From: Deltaproteobacteria bacterium | GTDB lineage: Bacteria > Myxococcota_A > UBA796 > SXON01 | Reading direction: 5' to 3' | DNA: 64,000 nt | NCBI GenBank assembly: GCA_036676765.1 | Contig: JAKFCH010000148.1 | Coordinates: forward strand, 11,141-75,140 | Part shown: piece after piece, positions 43,059 through 52,883 of the stretch | Position numbering within the stretch: the stretch's first letter is position 1 | Layout of the letters: each line of letters opens with the position of its first letter | The notes under the pieces: model-generated | Told to the model about the DNA's origin: nothing | Seen by the model: the letters and a program-made list of their open reading frames with translations, nothing else | Databases searched by the model: none | Made by a program: the position numbers and the translations under genes

Positions 43059-46000
43059 CTATCCGCCGTTCTCCGCCCGGATCCGCCCCAACTCCTCGGC
43101 GACCACCCCGGCGGTCCAGGCCAGCTGGGCCTCGGAGTGCAGGGAGGAGAGGAAGAAGCGCAGGCGCGAGGCGTTGTCCGCCACCGCCGGGTACAGGATT
43201 GGCTGGACGTTGACGCCGCGCTTCATCAGCGCGTCCGACAAGAGAAGCGCGTGGAAGCTGTTCCCCACGATGACCGGGCACACGCCGCTCTCGCCGGCGG
43301 AGGGTCCGGTGTCCAGGTTGTGCTTCTGACACTCGGCATAGAAGAAGCGGGCGTTGGCCTGCAGCTTCTTCACGTTCTCCGGCTCGCGCTCCATGAGCTC
43401 GAGCGAGGCGATGGCGGCCATCGTGTTCGCGGGGGAGAGGCCCGCCGAGTAGATGAAGCCGGGGGCGGTGTACTTCAGGAGCTGCACGAGCACGCGGCTG
43501 CCAGCAATATAGCCACCGCAGCTCGACAGGGACTTGGAGAGGGTCCCCATCCAGATGTCGATGTCGGTGCCGGGCACGCCGAAGTGCTCGGAGACGCCGT
43601 AGCCGCGCTCCCCGACGACGCCGAAGGAGTGGGCCTCGTCGACCATGAGGAAACACTTGTGGCGCTTCTTCAACGCCACGTAGGCGGGGAGATCGCAGAT
43701 GTCCCCATCCATGGAGTACACACCCTCGACCACGATCAGCGCCTTCTCGAAGTTGGGCCGGAGCTGCTCCAACAAGCGGGCCAACGCCGCGGTGTCCCCG
43801 TGGGGGAAAGGCCGCCGCGTGGCGCCCGAGAGCTTCATGCCCTGGAACACCGAGTCGTGGATGAGCTCGTCGTGGAGGATGAGGTCCTTCGGCCCGAACA
43901 GGTGACCGACCGTCGTGACGTTGGTGGCATGGCCCGCGGTGAACACCACGCTCTCCTCGACGCCGAGGGCCGCGGCGATGCGCTGCTCCAACTCGAGGTG
44001 GATGGGGCGCTCGCCCGACGCCACGCGGCTCGCGCTCACGCTGGTGCCGTACTTGCGCACGGCCTCGGTGACCCGCTGCTCGACGTAGGGGTGCCCCGAG
44101 AACCCGAGGTAGTTGTACCCGGAGAAGTGGACGCGCTCCTTGCCGGCGATCTCCACCACGTCCCGCGCGGTGCCCTCGAGCACCTTGAAGTACGGGTTGT
44201 CGATGCCGAGCATCAACGCCGCCTGGAGGCGCTGGTCGAGGTCGATCCACGCGGGGAACCGCGCGAAGTCGGTGAACTCGGGTGACACGGCCAACTCACC
44301 GGGGAGCGCGCGCAGCTCGCCCTCGACGCCCTCGCCGACGGCCACGACCTCGCCGTTCGCGCGACGCAACACGACGGTGCCCGTGAACCGGTCGCCGGTG
44401 TTGGCCTCGAACGTGACGGCCACGTCGAGCACCTCGTCCGCCGTCACGTGACGTTGGGTCCACGCGCGCACCTTGACCGGGAAGCCGGCGCGCTGCCGCT
44501 TCTCGAACGCCCAGAGGCCGCAGAGCTGGAGCGCGGAGTCGATGGCGAGCGGCGAGAAGGTCCAACCGTCCTGGCCCCACGCCACGGACGAGCCGACGCG
44601 AACCTTGCCGGTGACGTGCTGATCGCCGAGGACCCCCACCGACACGATGCCCTGGAGCAGCGGCCCGTGGAACGTGTGGTTGCTGTAGAAGTCGGCCAGC
44701 GCGGTCTTGGCGGCGGCGCCGCCGGTCGGCAGGTCGGGCACCATCGACGGTTCGATTTCGAGGCCCTTCCCAACCTCCGCGGCCACGGCGCTACCGACGC
44801 GGCCCTCCCAAGCCAGCTTGGATCCGACCAGCACCCGGAACCGCTCGCCGTCGAGGCGGAGCCGCGCGACCAGCGGCTTCTCGACCACGACACCGTCGAA
44901 CAGGGTGAGGTCGTGTACCGTCGGGCCGGCGCCCACCGCCGCGCCGAGCCGGATGGCCCATTCGAGCACCATCGCCATCGGCACGGTCGGGCGGCCCATG
45001 AGCGCGTGGTCGCGCAGCCAGGGCATCTCGGGAGAGAGGGCCTCGGTCACTTCGAGCGAGCGCCGCACCGCCGGGAGATCGAGGCCGAGCACGACCTCGC
45101 CGGGGATGCCGAGCGCCTGAACGAAGGCGCGGGCGCCCTGCGCGGTGTCGACGAACACGACGCCGTCCTCGCGCATGGCGACGCGCATCGGGAGCGGCAC
45201 GGTGCCGACCATCGTGGAGTCGGCCCACGGGCCCCACACCTGCACCTGCGCGTGGATGTCGCGCGCCGCGAGCCCGGGGAGCAGCCCGACGAGCCCGTCG
45301 TTGGCGGCGGCGTACTCGGTCTGGAACGCGTTGCCGAAGAACGCCGCGTAGCTGCCGATCGCGCTCACCCACCGCACACCGGGGCAGGCGTCCACGAGGC
45401 GGAGGAGGCCGTTGACCTTGATGTCCCAGGCGGCGGTCCCGTCGACCTTGCCGACGGGGCCGTCCGCGAGCACACCCGCGGCGTGCACGATGCCGTCGAT
45501 GCCGTCGAGGGTGGGCACGATGCCCCGGAGGTCGGCGCGCACGTAGCGGGCGGACGCGCCGAGGTTCGCCAGGGCGTCCCCCGGGTCCTGCCGCGAGCCG
45601 AGGAGCACGACCTCCGCGCCCGCGTCGATCAGCGCGCGCGCGAGCACCTGGCCGAGCCAGCCGGTGCCGCCGCTCACGAGGATGCGTTGCCCGGCGACGT
45701 TCATCGGCGCGGGGGCGTCGTGCGGGGCGAGCCCGACGACGAAGCGCGCACCGCCCTCGTAGTGCACCACCGCGTCGCGTTCGGCCGCGGCGAGCTCCGC
45801 CACGGCGTCGGCTTCGGTGCCGTACACGAGCACGACCTTGTGGTCGGCCCACTCGCGGGAGAGGGCGCGGACGAAGCCCAGGACGCCATGTTCGTGGGGC
45901 GCCGCAAGGAGGCCCGCCATCGGGATCACCACCGCGACATCGCCCGGGGTGAGCGCGCGGAGCGCGGCGAGGCTCGGCTTCACGAGCACGCGCCCGCTCG

Positions 46001-49000
46001 TCGCGCGGGCGTGGCCGGAGAGCGGCGCGGCGCGGAGCACGGGCCGGTAGAGCGCGAGCTCCCGGTCGGGCAACGTGAGCGCGACGCTGCTCGCCTCGGC
46101 GCCCTCGACGTGGCGCACCAGGTCCGCCACCGTCGGCGAGGTCGCGAACAGCGACCGCGGGATGCCCGTGAAGCCCGGTACGGCCTCACCGAGCTTCGTC
46201 GAGAGCTCCGCGAGCATGAGCGAGTCGAAGCCGAGATCGTCGAGCAGGCGCTGCTCCACGCGCAGGGCATCGAGCGGGAACGCCGACACCTTCGACACCA
46301 CGCGCAGCACGCGGGCCTCGATGTCCTCCCCGTCGACGCCGCCCCCCTCGAAGGAGACGGGCTCCGAGCGCTCGGGGGGGGCGTTGCGGGGGGGCTCGCC
46401 CCCCTGCCCCAAGATCCCGGAGGTTCCGTACGCGAAGTCGGCGTTCGAGCGGCCGGTGTCCTGGACCGCCCAGTACTGCTGGGTGGTGAACGGCGTCGGC
46501 GGTAGCGACGCGAGGCCCTCGCCGAAGCCGGTGAGGTCGACGCGGTGGCCCGCGGCGGCGAGGCGGGCGAGCAGACGGAGGAGCCCGAGCCCGTCCGTGT
46601 CGCTCTCGCTCGCGACGGAGAGGATCTCGGCGTCCGGCACGACCCCGCGCGCGAACGCGGTGAGGGTGGCGCCGCTGCCGAGCTGCACGAAGATGCGCGC
46701 GCCGGCGTCCCAGCACTGCTGCAGGCCGCGCACGTACTCCACCGGGGAGGTGGCGTGGCGCGCGAAGATGGCCCGCACCTCCGCCGCGGAGGTCGGGGGC
46801 GTGGCGTGGATGCACGACGCCATCGGGGCGGTCGGCGCGGTGAACGCAACCTCGGCGAGCCCGCGTTCGACATCGTCCTGGACGGACTCGAGCATCGGCG
46901 AGTGGAACGCGTGCGAGACCGGGATGCGACGCGCCTTGAGCCCGGCGGCGGCCAGCGCGACCAGCGCGCGCTCCACCTCGGCCGTGGGCCCGGAGATCAC
47001 GTTCTGGCGTGGGTGGTTGCGGTTGGCGATCACCACCGTGGGCGGCAGGTGCGGGGCGACGGCGTCGGCCTCGGCCATCACCGCGGCCATGGCGCCGTGG
47101 TCCCCGGGCATGGCCGACATGGCCTTGCCGCGGCTCGCGACGAAGCGCAGGGCCTCCCGCGCGGGGGCCCCGCCGGCAAGCGCCGCGGCGGTGAACTCGC
47201 CGAGCGAGTGGCCGAGCACGATCGCGGGGGTGATGCCGTAGCGGGCGAGCACGGCGGCCACGGCGACGCCGATCGCGAACATCGCCGGCTGGGCGATCTG
47301 CGTGTCGGTGAGGGCCTCCTCGGTCGCGTCGGGCGCCCAGATGTACTCAGTGAGCGGACGCGCGGTGAGGTCGAGGACGTCGCGCTCGCAGGCGGCCATC
47401 GCCTCGGCGAACGGCGGGAGGTGCAGCCAGTCGCGCAGCATGCCGACCTTCTGCATGCCCTGCCCGGGCGCGAGGAAGGCCACCGGCACGGGCTTACCCG
47501 CATCCCCGAGGACGATGTCGCGGTGGAGGGCGCCGCGGGTCGAGGGGTCCTTCGAGAGCGCGTCCGCGGCCGTCTGGAGGCGCTCGGCGAGCTCGGTCAC
47601 GGTGCGGGCAACGATCGCGACGCGCACGGCGCGGCGCTTGCGGCCGAGGTTCAGCGTGTGGGCGATCGCGGCGAGATCGCCGGCGTCGTCGAGGGTGGCG
47701 GCCAGCTCGGCGCAGTGCCGGGCGAGCAGCGCGCCGTCGTCCGCGCTGGTCACGACGAGCACGCCGGGGAGGGCGTGCAGGGGCTCGGGGATCCGCGCGC
47801 CCACGAAGATCCGCCCCGGGCGCCCGCTTCCGCGCGCCGGCGCCTCTTCGAGCACGACATGGCCGTTGGTGCCGCCGAACCCGAAGGACGACACGGTGGC
47901 GCGGCGCGGGGTCACGCTCCGCCACGGCGCGGCCACGGTCGGGACGGTGAACGTGCCGTCGTCGAGCTGGTGGAGGGGGTGGGGCGCCGACCAGTTCGCG
48001 AGCGGGGGGATGGTCTTGTGGTGGATCGCGAGCACGGCCTTGATCAGGCCGGCGACCCCCGCGGCCGACATCGTGTGGCCGATGTTCCCCTTCGCCGAGC
48101 CGAGGGGCACCGGGGCACGGCCGGACGCGCCGTCGCGACGGTCACCGATCATGGTGCGCAGCGCGCCGAGCTCGGTCTTGTCCCCGACGGTGGTGCCGGT
48201 GCCGTGCGCCTCGACGTACCCGATCTGATCGGCGGTCACGCCGGCGTCCGCCCACGCCTGCGCGATGACGGCCTCCTGGCCCTCGGCGCGGGGGCTCATC
48301 GGGCCGTCGCCCCGGCCGTCGTTGTTGCAGCCGCTGCCCCGGATGACCGCGTACACGCGATCGTGGTCGCGGACGGCGTCCTCCAGGCGCTTGAGCATCA
48401 CCATGCCCACGCCCTCGCCCTGCACGAACCCGTCGGCGTCGGCGTCGAAGGGGCGGCACACGCCCTTGGCGCTGATGGCGCCGATGCGCGAGAACGCGAT
48501 GAGGTTCTCGGGCGAGAGGTTGAGGTAGACGCCGCCGGCCACCGCGGCGTCGATCTGGCCGTCGCGGAGGTAGGTCACGGCGTCGTGGATCGCCACGAGC
48601 GCGGAGGCGCACGCCGCGTCGACGGTGAAGGCGGGGCCGCCCAGATCGAGCTCCTGCGCCACCACCGCCGCCGACATGTTGCCGAGCGCGCCCGCCGCGG
48701 TGAACGCGCGGGTCTGGACCACGCGGTTGACGGCCGAGGCCATCAACCGGGCCTCCTCGGCGCTCGCGGCACCCTGGCCGAGATCGCCCGAGGCCATCAT
48801 CGCCGCGGCCACGCGCGTGCTCATCAGCGAGCGGTACTCGGTGCACGAGAGCCCGAGGAACGTGCCGACGCGACGGCGGTCGAGGCCGCGGCCGAGCGTG
48901 CCCGGCCCGCTCGCGCGGTCGATGGCGGGCGCGTAGCCGGCGTCCTGGAGGGCGTGCCACGCGGCCTCGAGCGTGAGGCGCTGCTGCGGGTCCATCACCT

Positions 49001-49265
49001 CGACGCGGCGCGGCGGGATGCCGTACTCCAGCGCGGCGAAGCTGCGCACGTCGTCCACGAACGCGCCGTGGGGCGCGTAGTAGCGGTCGGTGGCGCGCTG
49101 CACGTCACTGAAGAAGGCGGCGTGGCTCCACCGGTCGGCGGGCGGCGGCCCGAAGGCGTTGCGCCCCTCCCGGATCAGCCGCCAGTAACGGGAGACGTTG
49201 GGGGCGCCGGGAAAACGGCATGCCATCCCGACGATCGCGATCGGGCCACCGGACGTGCGGGACAT
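43059..49265 (-). CDS. type I polyketide synthase, KS-AT-ACP-KR-DH order, fused to a C-terminal alpha-oxoamine synthase (AONS/SPT-like PLP enzyme)
   Basis: KS: VGMACRFPG, DAACASALVA, EAHGTGT, GNIGH. AT: GHSLGE, HAFHS (malonyl type). ACP: LGFDSLM. KR: SGGTGWLG, YAAAN. Hot-dog DH: LRDHALMGRPTVP. AOS: SGYNYLGF, VEGVYSMDGD, MVDEAHSFG, GTLSKSL (PLP Lys). Confidence 0.9.
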   Translation of the reverse strand: MSRTSGGPIAIVGMACRFPGAPNVSRYWRLIREGRNAFGPPPADRWSHAAFFSDVQRATDRYYAPHGAFVDDVRSFAALEYGIPPRRVEVMDPQQRLTLEAAWHALQDAGYAPAIDRASGPGTLGRGLDRRRVGTFLGLSCTEYRSLMSTRVAAAMMASGDLGQGAASAEEARLMASAVNRVVQTRAFTAAGALGNMSAAVVAQELDLGGPAFTVDAACASALVAIHDAVTYLRDGQIDAAVAGGVYLNLSPENLIAFSRIGAISAKGVCRPFDADADGFVQGEGVGMVMLKRLEDAVRDHDRVYAVIRGSGCNNDGRGDGPMSPRAEGQEAVIAQAWADAGVTADQIGYVEAHGTGTTVGDKTELGALRTMIGDRRDGASGRAPVPLGSAKGNIGHTMSAAGVAGLIKAVLAIHHKTIPPLANWSAPHPLHQLDDGTFTVPTVAAPWRSVTPRRATVSSFGFGGTNGHVVLEEAPARGSGRPGRIFVGARIPEPLHALPGVLVVTSADDGALLARHCAELAATLDDAGDLAAIAHTLNLGRKRRAVRVAIVARTVTELAERLQTAADALSKDPSTRGALHRDIVLGDAGKPVPVAFLAPGQGMQKVGMLRDWLHLPPFAEAMAACERDVLDLTARPLTEYIWAPDATEEALTDTQIAQPAMFAIGVAVAAVLARYGITPAIVLGHSLGEFTAAALAGGAPAREALRFVASRGKAMSAMPGDHGAMAAVMAEADAVAPHLPPTVVIANRNHPRQNVISGPTAEVERALVALAAAGLKARRIPVSHAFHSPMLESVQDDVERGLAEVAFTAPTAPMASCIHATPPTSAAEVRAIFARHATSPVEYVRGLQQCWDAGARIFVQLGSGATLTAFARGVVPDAEILSVASESDTDGLGLLRLLARLAAAGHRVDLTGFGEGLASLPPTPFTTQQYWAVQDTGRSNADFAYGTSGILGQGGEPPRNAPPERSEPVSFEGGGVDGEDIEARVLRVVSKVSAFPLDALRVEQRLLDDLGFDSLMLAELSTKLGEAVPGFTGIPRSLFATSPTVADLVRHVEGAEASSVALTLPDRELALYRPVLRAAPLSGHARATSGRVLVKPSLAALRALTPGDVAVVIPMAGLLAAPHEHGVLGFVRALSREWADHKVVLVYGTEADAVAELAAAERDAVVHYEGGARFVVGLAPHDAPAPMNVAGQRILVSGGTGWLGQVLARALIDAGAEVVLLGSRQDPGDALANLGASARYVRADLRGIVPTLDGIDGIVHAAGVLADGPVGKVDGTAAWDIKVNGLLRLVDACPGVRWVSAIGSYAAFFGNAFQTEYAAANDGLVGLLPGLAARDIHAQVQVWGPWADSTMVGTVPLPMRVAMREDGVVFVDTAQGARAFVQALGIPGEVVLGLDLPAVRRSLEVTEALSPEMPWLRDHALMGRPTVPMAMVLEWAIRLGAAVGAGPTVHDLTLFDGVVVEKPLVARLRLDGERFRVLVGSKLAWEGRVGSAVAAEVGKGLEIEPSMVPDLPTGGAAAKTALADFYSNHTFHGPLLQGIVSVGVLGDQHVTGKVRVGSSVAWGQDGWTFSPLAIDSALQLCGLWAFEKRQRAGFPVKVRAWTQRHVTADEVLDVAVTFEANTGDRFTGTVVLRRANGEVVAVGEGVEGELRALPGELAVSPEFTDFARFPAWIDLDQRLQAALMLGIDNPYFKVLEGTARDVVEIAGKERVHFSGYNYLGFSGHPYVEQRVTEAVRKYGTSVSASRVASGERPIHLELEQRIAAALGVEESVVFTAGHATNVTTVGHLFGPKDLILHDELIHDSVFQGMKLSGATRRPFPHGDTAALARLLEQLRPNFEKALIVVEGVYSMDGDICDLPAYVALKKRHKCFLMVDEAHSFGVVGERGYGVSEHFGVPGTDIDIWMGTLSKSLSSCGGYIAGSRVLVQLLKYTAPGFIYSAGLSPANTMAAIASLELMEREPENVKKLQANARFFYAECQKHNLDTGPSAGESGVCPVIVGNSFHALLLSDALMKRGVNVQPILYPAVADNASRLRFFLSSLHSEAQLAWTAGVVAEELGRIRAENGG

Positions 49266-49282
49266 CAGCGCTCCAGACGGGC

Positions 49283-49522
49283 CTACGCCCGATTCTTCTC
49301 GATCAACGCCATGAGGTCACCGAACGTGTTGATGCGGACCATCACCTCGTCGGAGAACTGGACGTCGAGCTTCTCTTCGAGGAATCCGACCATCTCCATC
49401 GTGGCGACGGAGTCGAGGCCGAGATCGCGGATCTCGGTCTCGGGCTTGATGGTGGCCAGCTTCGAGGCCTTGCTGGTGTCCACCGCGGTGATCGCGGCCT
49501 TGATGAGTTCCAACGCTTCCAT
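49283..49522 (-). CDS. stand-alone acyl carrier protein
   Basis: 79 aa with the phosphopantetheine site LGLDSVATMEMV. It sits 17-18 nt from both neighbours. Confidence 0.85.
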   Translation of the reverse strand: MEALELIKAAITAVDTSKASKLATIKPETEIRDLGLDSVATMEMVGFLEEKLDVQFSDEVMVRINTFGDLMALIEKNRA

Positions 49523-49540
49523 GTTTGGATTCCTAGGGGG

Positions 49541-51382
49541 TCAGGAGGGTCGATTGAAGACCTTGCTCGCGGCGTGGGTAGCACGTCCGAGCAGGGAACG
49601 GGCGAGGTGACGCGCCACCGTGAGCTTCTCGCCCGTGGCGCCGAGCGTCCGTACGCCCTCTCCGCCGAGCTCGCCCGCGAGGTACTGCTCGCGCGTCTTC
49701 CGGCGTTGGAGCTTGCCGGACGAGGTCTTCGGCAGCTGGCCGGCCCCGAGCAGCACCACGTCCGACACCCGGAGGGAGAGCTGGTCGGCCACGGCGGACT
49801 TGATCGCCTCGGCGAGGCCCGGCGGCGGCTCGGCCCGGGTCTCGGCGACGACGACGAGCTCCTCGCTCTCCTTGCCGGGGCGGGAGAACGCCACGACGTT
49901 GCCCTTCCGCACGCCGTCGATCTCGGCGACGGACCACTCGATGGTCTGCGGGTGGTGGTTGCGGCCGTTGAGGATGATGAGGTCCTTGCTCCGGCCGGTG
50001 ATGAACACGTTGCCGTCGTGGACGAAGCCGAGATCTCCGGTGCGGAGCCAGATGGTGTCGTCCGGCGCGGCGTCCGCGTCCACCGACGGGATGGCCCGGA
50101 ACACCTCGCCCGTGGCGTCGGCGTTCTTCCAGTAGCCCTCCGTGAGCGACGGGCCGGCGAACACGAGCTCGCCCTCCCGGTCCTCGCCGAGGAGCACGCC
50201 GTCGGCATCGATGACGCCGATGCGGTGGTTGGAGAACGGCTTGCCGCAGCCGACGAAGGAGAGCGCGAGCGCGTCGTCGCTCGCGGGGGCGGCCACCCGG
50301 CCCTCGCCGCGGAAGGTCTCGGCGTCGAGGAGCAGCACCGGAAGCTCGGACCCGACTGGCGCGAAGGACATCGCGAGCGTCGCCTCGGCCATGCCGTACG
50401 CCGGCATCGGGACGCCCGGCTTCAGGCCGCACCCGGCGAAGCGCTCGACGAACTCCAACATCACGTTCGCGTTGATGGGCTCGGCGCCGCAGCCGATGAG
50501 GCGCACGCGGGAGAGGTCCCAGGTGGCGAGCTCCTTCTCGGAGGCGCGCTTCGTCGCGAGCGCGAACGCGAAGTTCGGCCCGAACGAGAGCGTGCCCTTG
50601 TACTCGTGCAGCGTCTGGAGCCAGATGTTGGGGCGCTTCACGAACGAGAGCGTCGGGATGAACACGACGTCCGTGCCCTTCATGAGCGGCGTAATGACGA
50701 AGCCGATGAGCCCCATGTCGTGGTAGAGCGGCAGCCAGCTCACCGCCACGTCGCTGCCGAGCTCGAGGCCCATCCCCTCCGTCGCGATCGCCCAGCAGTT
50801 CGCCACCAGGGACTTGTGGGTGACCATCACGCCCTTGGGCGCGGAGGTCGATCCACTCGTGAACTGGAGGAAGGCGAGATCGTCGGCGGTGATCTCGGGG
50901 AGCACGCCGTCCCCGCGCTTGCCGGCGTCGATGGACTCGACCACCACGAGGTCACGCAGCGAGGACACGCGGGGGACGACCTGCCACAAAATAGACGACA
51001 GCGCCTTGTCCGTCACGATGAGCTTGGCGCCGGCCACCTCGAGGATGGACACCGCGCTGTCGGCGTAGGCGTCGAGCTTGCCGAACGAGAGCGGCGGGAA
51101 CATCGGCACCGGCACCACCCCCGCGAGCAGGGCGCCGAGGAAGGTGATGACGAAGTCCTGGGGCTGCGAGAGCACCATGGCCACGCGGTCGCCGCGGGTC
51201 AGGCCCTGCCCGAGGAGCGCGTGGGCGCGGACCTCGGCCGCGCGGTACAGCGCCGCGTAGGAGAAGAAGGTGGGCTTGCTCGCGTTGTCGAGGAAGGTGT
51301 AACCGTGCTTTTCGATTCCGCGGATGCGACGGAGCGCCTCGACGACGGTAGCGGGCGCGTGGGACAGATCGACGGTCGACAC
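49541..51382 (-). CDS. fatty acyl-AMP ligase (FAAL, FadD32-like adenylating enzyme)
   Basis: LQFTSGSTSAPKGVMVTHKSLVAN, WLPLYHDMGLI, GYGMAE-type core (AYGMAEATL), RTGDLGF, and the FAAL-typical N-terminus (GYTFLDN...FFSYAAL). GTG start with a GGAGGG site 6 nt upstream. Confidence 0.85.
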   Translation of the reverse strand: MSTVDLSHAPATVVEALRRIRGIEKHGYTFLDNASKPTFFSYAALYRAAEVRAHALLGQGLTRGDRVAMVLSQPQDFVITFLGALLAGVVPVPMFPPLSFGKLDAYADSAVSILEVAGAKLIVTDKALSSILWQVVPRVSSLRDLVVVESIDAGKRGDGVLPEITADDLAFLQFTSGSTSAPKGVMVTHKSLVANCWAIATEGMGLELGSDVAVSWLPLYHDMGLIGFVITPLMKGTDVVFIPTLSFVKRPNIWLQTLHEYKGTLSFGPNFAFALATKRASEKELATWDLSRVRLIGCGAEPINANVMLEFVERFAGCGLKPGVPMPAYGMAEATLAMSFAPVGSELPVLLLDAETFRGEGRVAAPASDDALALSFVGCGKPFSNHRIGVIDADGVLLGEDREGELVFAGPSLTEGYWKNADATGEVFRAIPSVDADAAPDDTIWLRTGDLGFVHDGNVFITGRSKDLIILNGRNHHPQTIEWSVAEIDGVRKGNVVAFSRPGKESEELVVVAETRAEPPPGLAEAIKSAVADQLSLRVSDVVLLGAGQLPKTSSGKLQRRKTREQYLAGELGGEGVRTLGATGEKLTVARHLARSLLGRATHAASKVFNRPS

Positions 51383-51518
51383 TGGGACCCTCCGAGGGCC
51401 GCACCTCTAGCACAGGCCGTCGGATTGGGCCAAGTGCCCGTTCCGAGAAAGACAATCAACTCACGGGTCAGTTTGGGCTGCTCAGGGAGGTTGACCGACG
51501 GGTCGATTTGGATCCAAC

Positions 51519-52844
51519 TCACGGAGCCGTGGGGTGTACGCCCGCTTCGGCTCGCGCGCCGGCGCCACGCCGGAAGCTCCAGGTGAGGGCCGGGGGCGTG
51601 AGCAGCGTGGTGAGGATGACCATGATCACCACCGCGGTGAACGTGCCGTCGTCGATGATGCGCTCGCCCGCCACGGTGAGCCCGAGGCCGATGTTCGCGA
51701 AGATGAGGCCCACCTCGCCGCGCGGGATCATGCCGATGCCGACCGGCAGCCGGCGGATGGACTTGTCGAACACCCCCAGCATGCACACCTGCTTGCCGAT
51801 GACCGCGGCCACCGTGAGCGCGAGGGCGAGGCCGAGCACCTCGACGTGGGCGAACGTCGCGAGGTCCACGCGGAAGCCCATGACGACGAAGAACACCGGC
51901 GCGAGGAACTGCGAGACCGGCCGGACGAGCTCCTCGAGCTCGTGCTCCCCCTTGGCCACGAACGGCTTGTAGTGCACGCCCTCGAGGATGAGCCCGGCGG
52001 CGAACGCGCCGACGATGGGGGCGAGGCCGAACACGCCGGCGAGCCAGGACAGGGCGAAGCAGAAGGCGAGGCTCACCCCGAGGAGCACGCCGCTTCCCTG
52101 CATCCGGCTGGCGAACCGGTACAGCGCCGGGGTCAGGAGCACGCCGAGGCCGACGGAGCCGCCGAGGAACAGGACCGCCTTGCCGACGATGATCGCGATG
52201 GGGCCGAGCTCCGCGGCCTGCCCCTGGTCGGCGGCGGCGATGATCCCGCTCACCGCCGCGAGGGCGACGAGGCCGAGGACGTCGTCGATCACCGCGGCGC
52301 CGAGGATGACCCGCGCCTCCTTGCTCTGGCTCTGCCCGATGTCGCGGAGCACGCGCGCGGTGATGCCGACGCTCGTGGCGGTGAGCGTCGCGCCCAGGAA
52401 CATGTGCACGTAGAACGAGTGCTCCGGCAACAGGACGGCGCCGACGCCGAAGCCGAGCACGAACGGCGCGACGACGCCGAGCACGGCGACCACCGCGGCG
52501 GACAGCCCCACCCGCGCCATCTGCTGGATGGTCGACTCCAGACCGACCTCGAACAGCAGCACGATGACGCCGAGGTTGGCGAGGGCGTCCACGATCGGGT
52601 CGGTGCCGACGAAGTCGAAGACGCGGACGCCGAAGAGGTCGAGGTTCCCGACGAGCACGCCGCCGACGAGCTCGCCGAGCACGGCGGGCTGGCCGAGGCG
52701 CTGGGCGAGGTCGGCGCCGAACTTGGCGGCGAGGAGGATGATCGTGAGGGCGAGGAGGGTGGGCCCGAGGGAGTCGTGCCCCTCGCTCGCGTGCGCGACC
52801 ATCGGGAGCGCGCAGAGGAACAGGGGAATCAATCGAGCGCGCAC
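51519..52844 (-). CDS. cation:proton antiporter (CPA2 / Kef-type Na+/H+ exchanger family)
   Basis: Polytopic. LLAAKFGADLAQRLGQPAVLGELVGGVLVG, FEVGLE, and GMIPRGEVGLIFA near the C-terminus. I take GTG 52844 as the start. The ORF stays open to 53051 through the tandem repeat (see finding). Confidence 0.8.
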   Translation of the reverse strand: MRARLIPLFLCALPMVAHASEGHDSLGPTLLALTIILLAAKFGADLAQRLGQPAVLGELVGGVLVGNLDLFGVRVFDFVGTDPIVDALANLGVIVLLFEVGLESTIQQMARVGLSAAVVAVLGVVAPFVLGFGVGAVLLPEHSFYVHMFLGATLTATSVGITARVLRDIGQSQSKEARVILGAAVIDDVLGLVALAAVSGIIAAADQGQAAELGPIAIIVGKAVLFLGGSVGLGVLLTPALYRFASRMQGSGVLLGVSLAFCFALSWLAGVFGLAPIVGAFAAGLILEGVHYKPFVAKGEHELEELVRPVSQFLAPVFFVVMGFRVDLATFAHVEVLGLALALTVAAVIGKQVCMLGVFDKSIRRLPVGIGMIPRGEVGLIFANIGLGLTVAGERIIDDGTFTAVVIMVILTTLLTPPALTWSFRRGAGARAEAGVHPTAP

Positions 52845-52883
52845 CAGACCTCCGGGCGCGGGGTTTAACGTGGGGGTGGGGGC

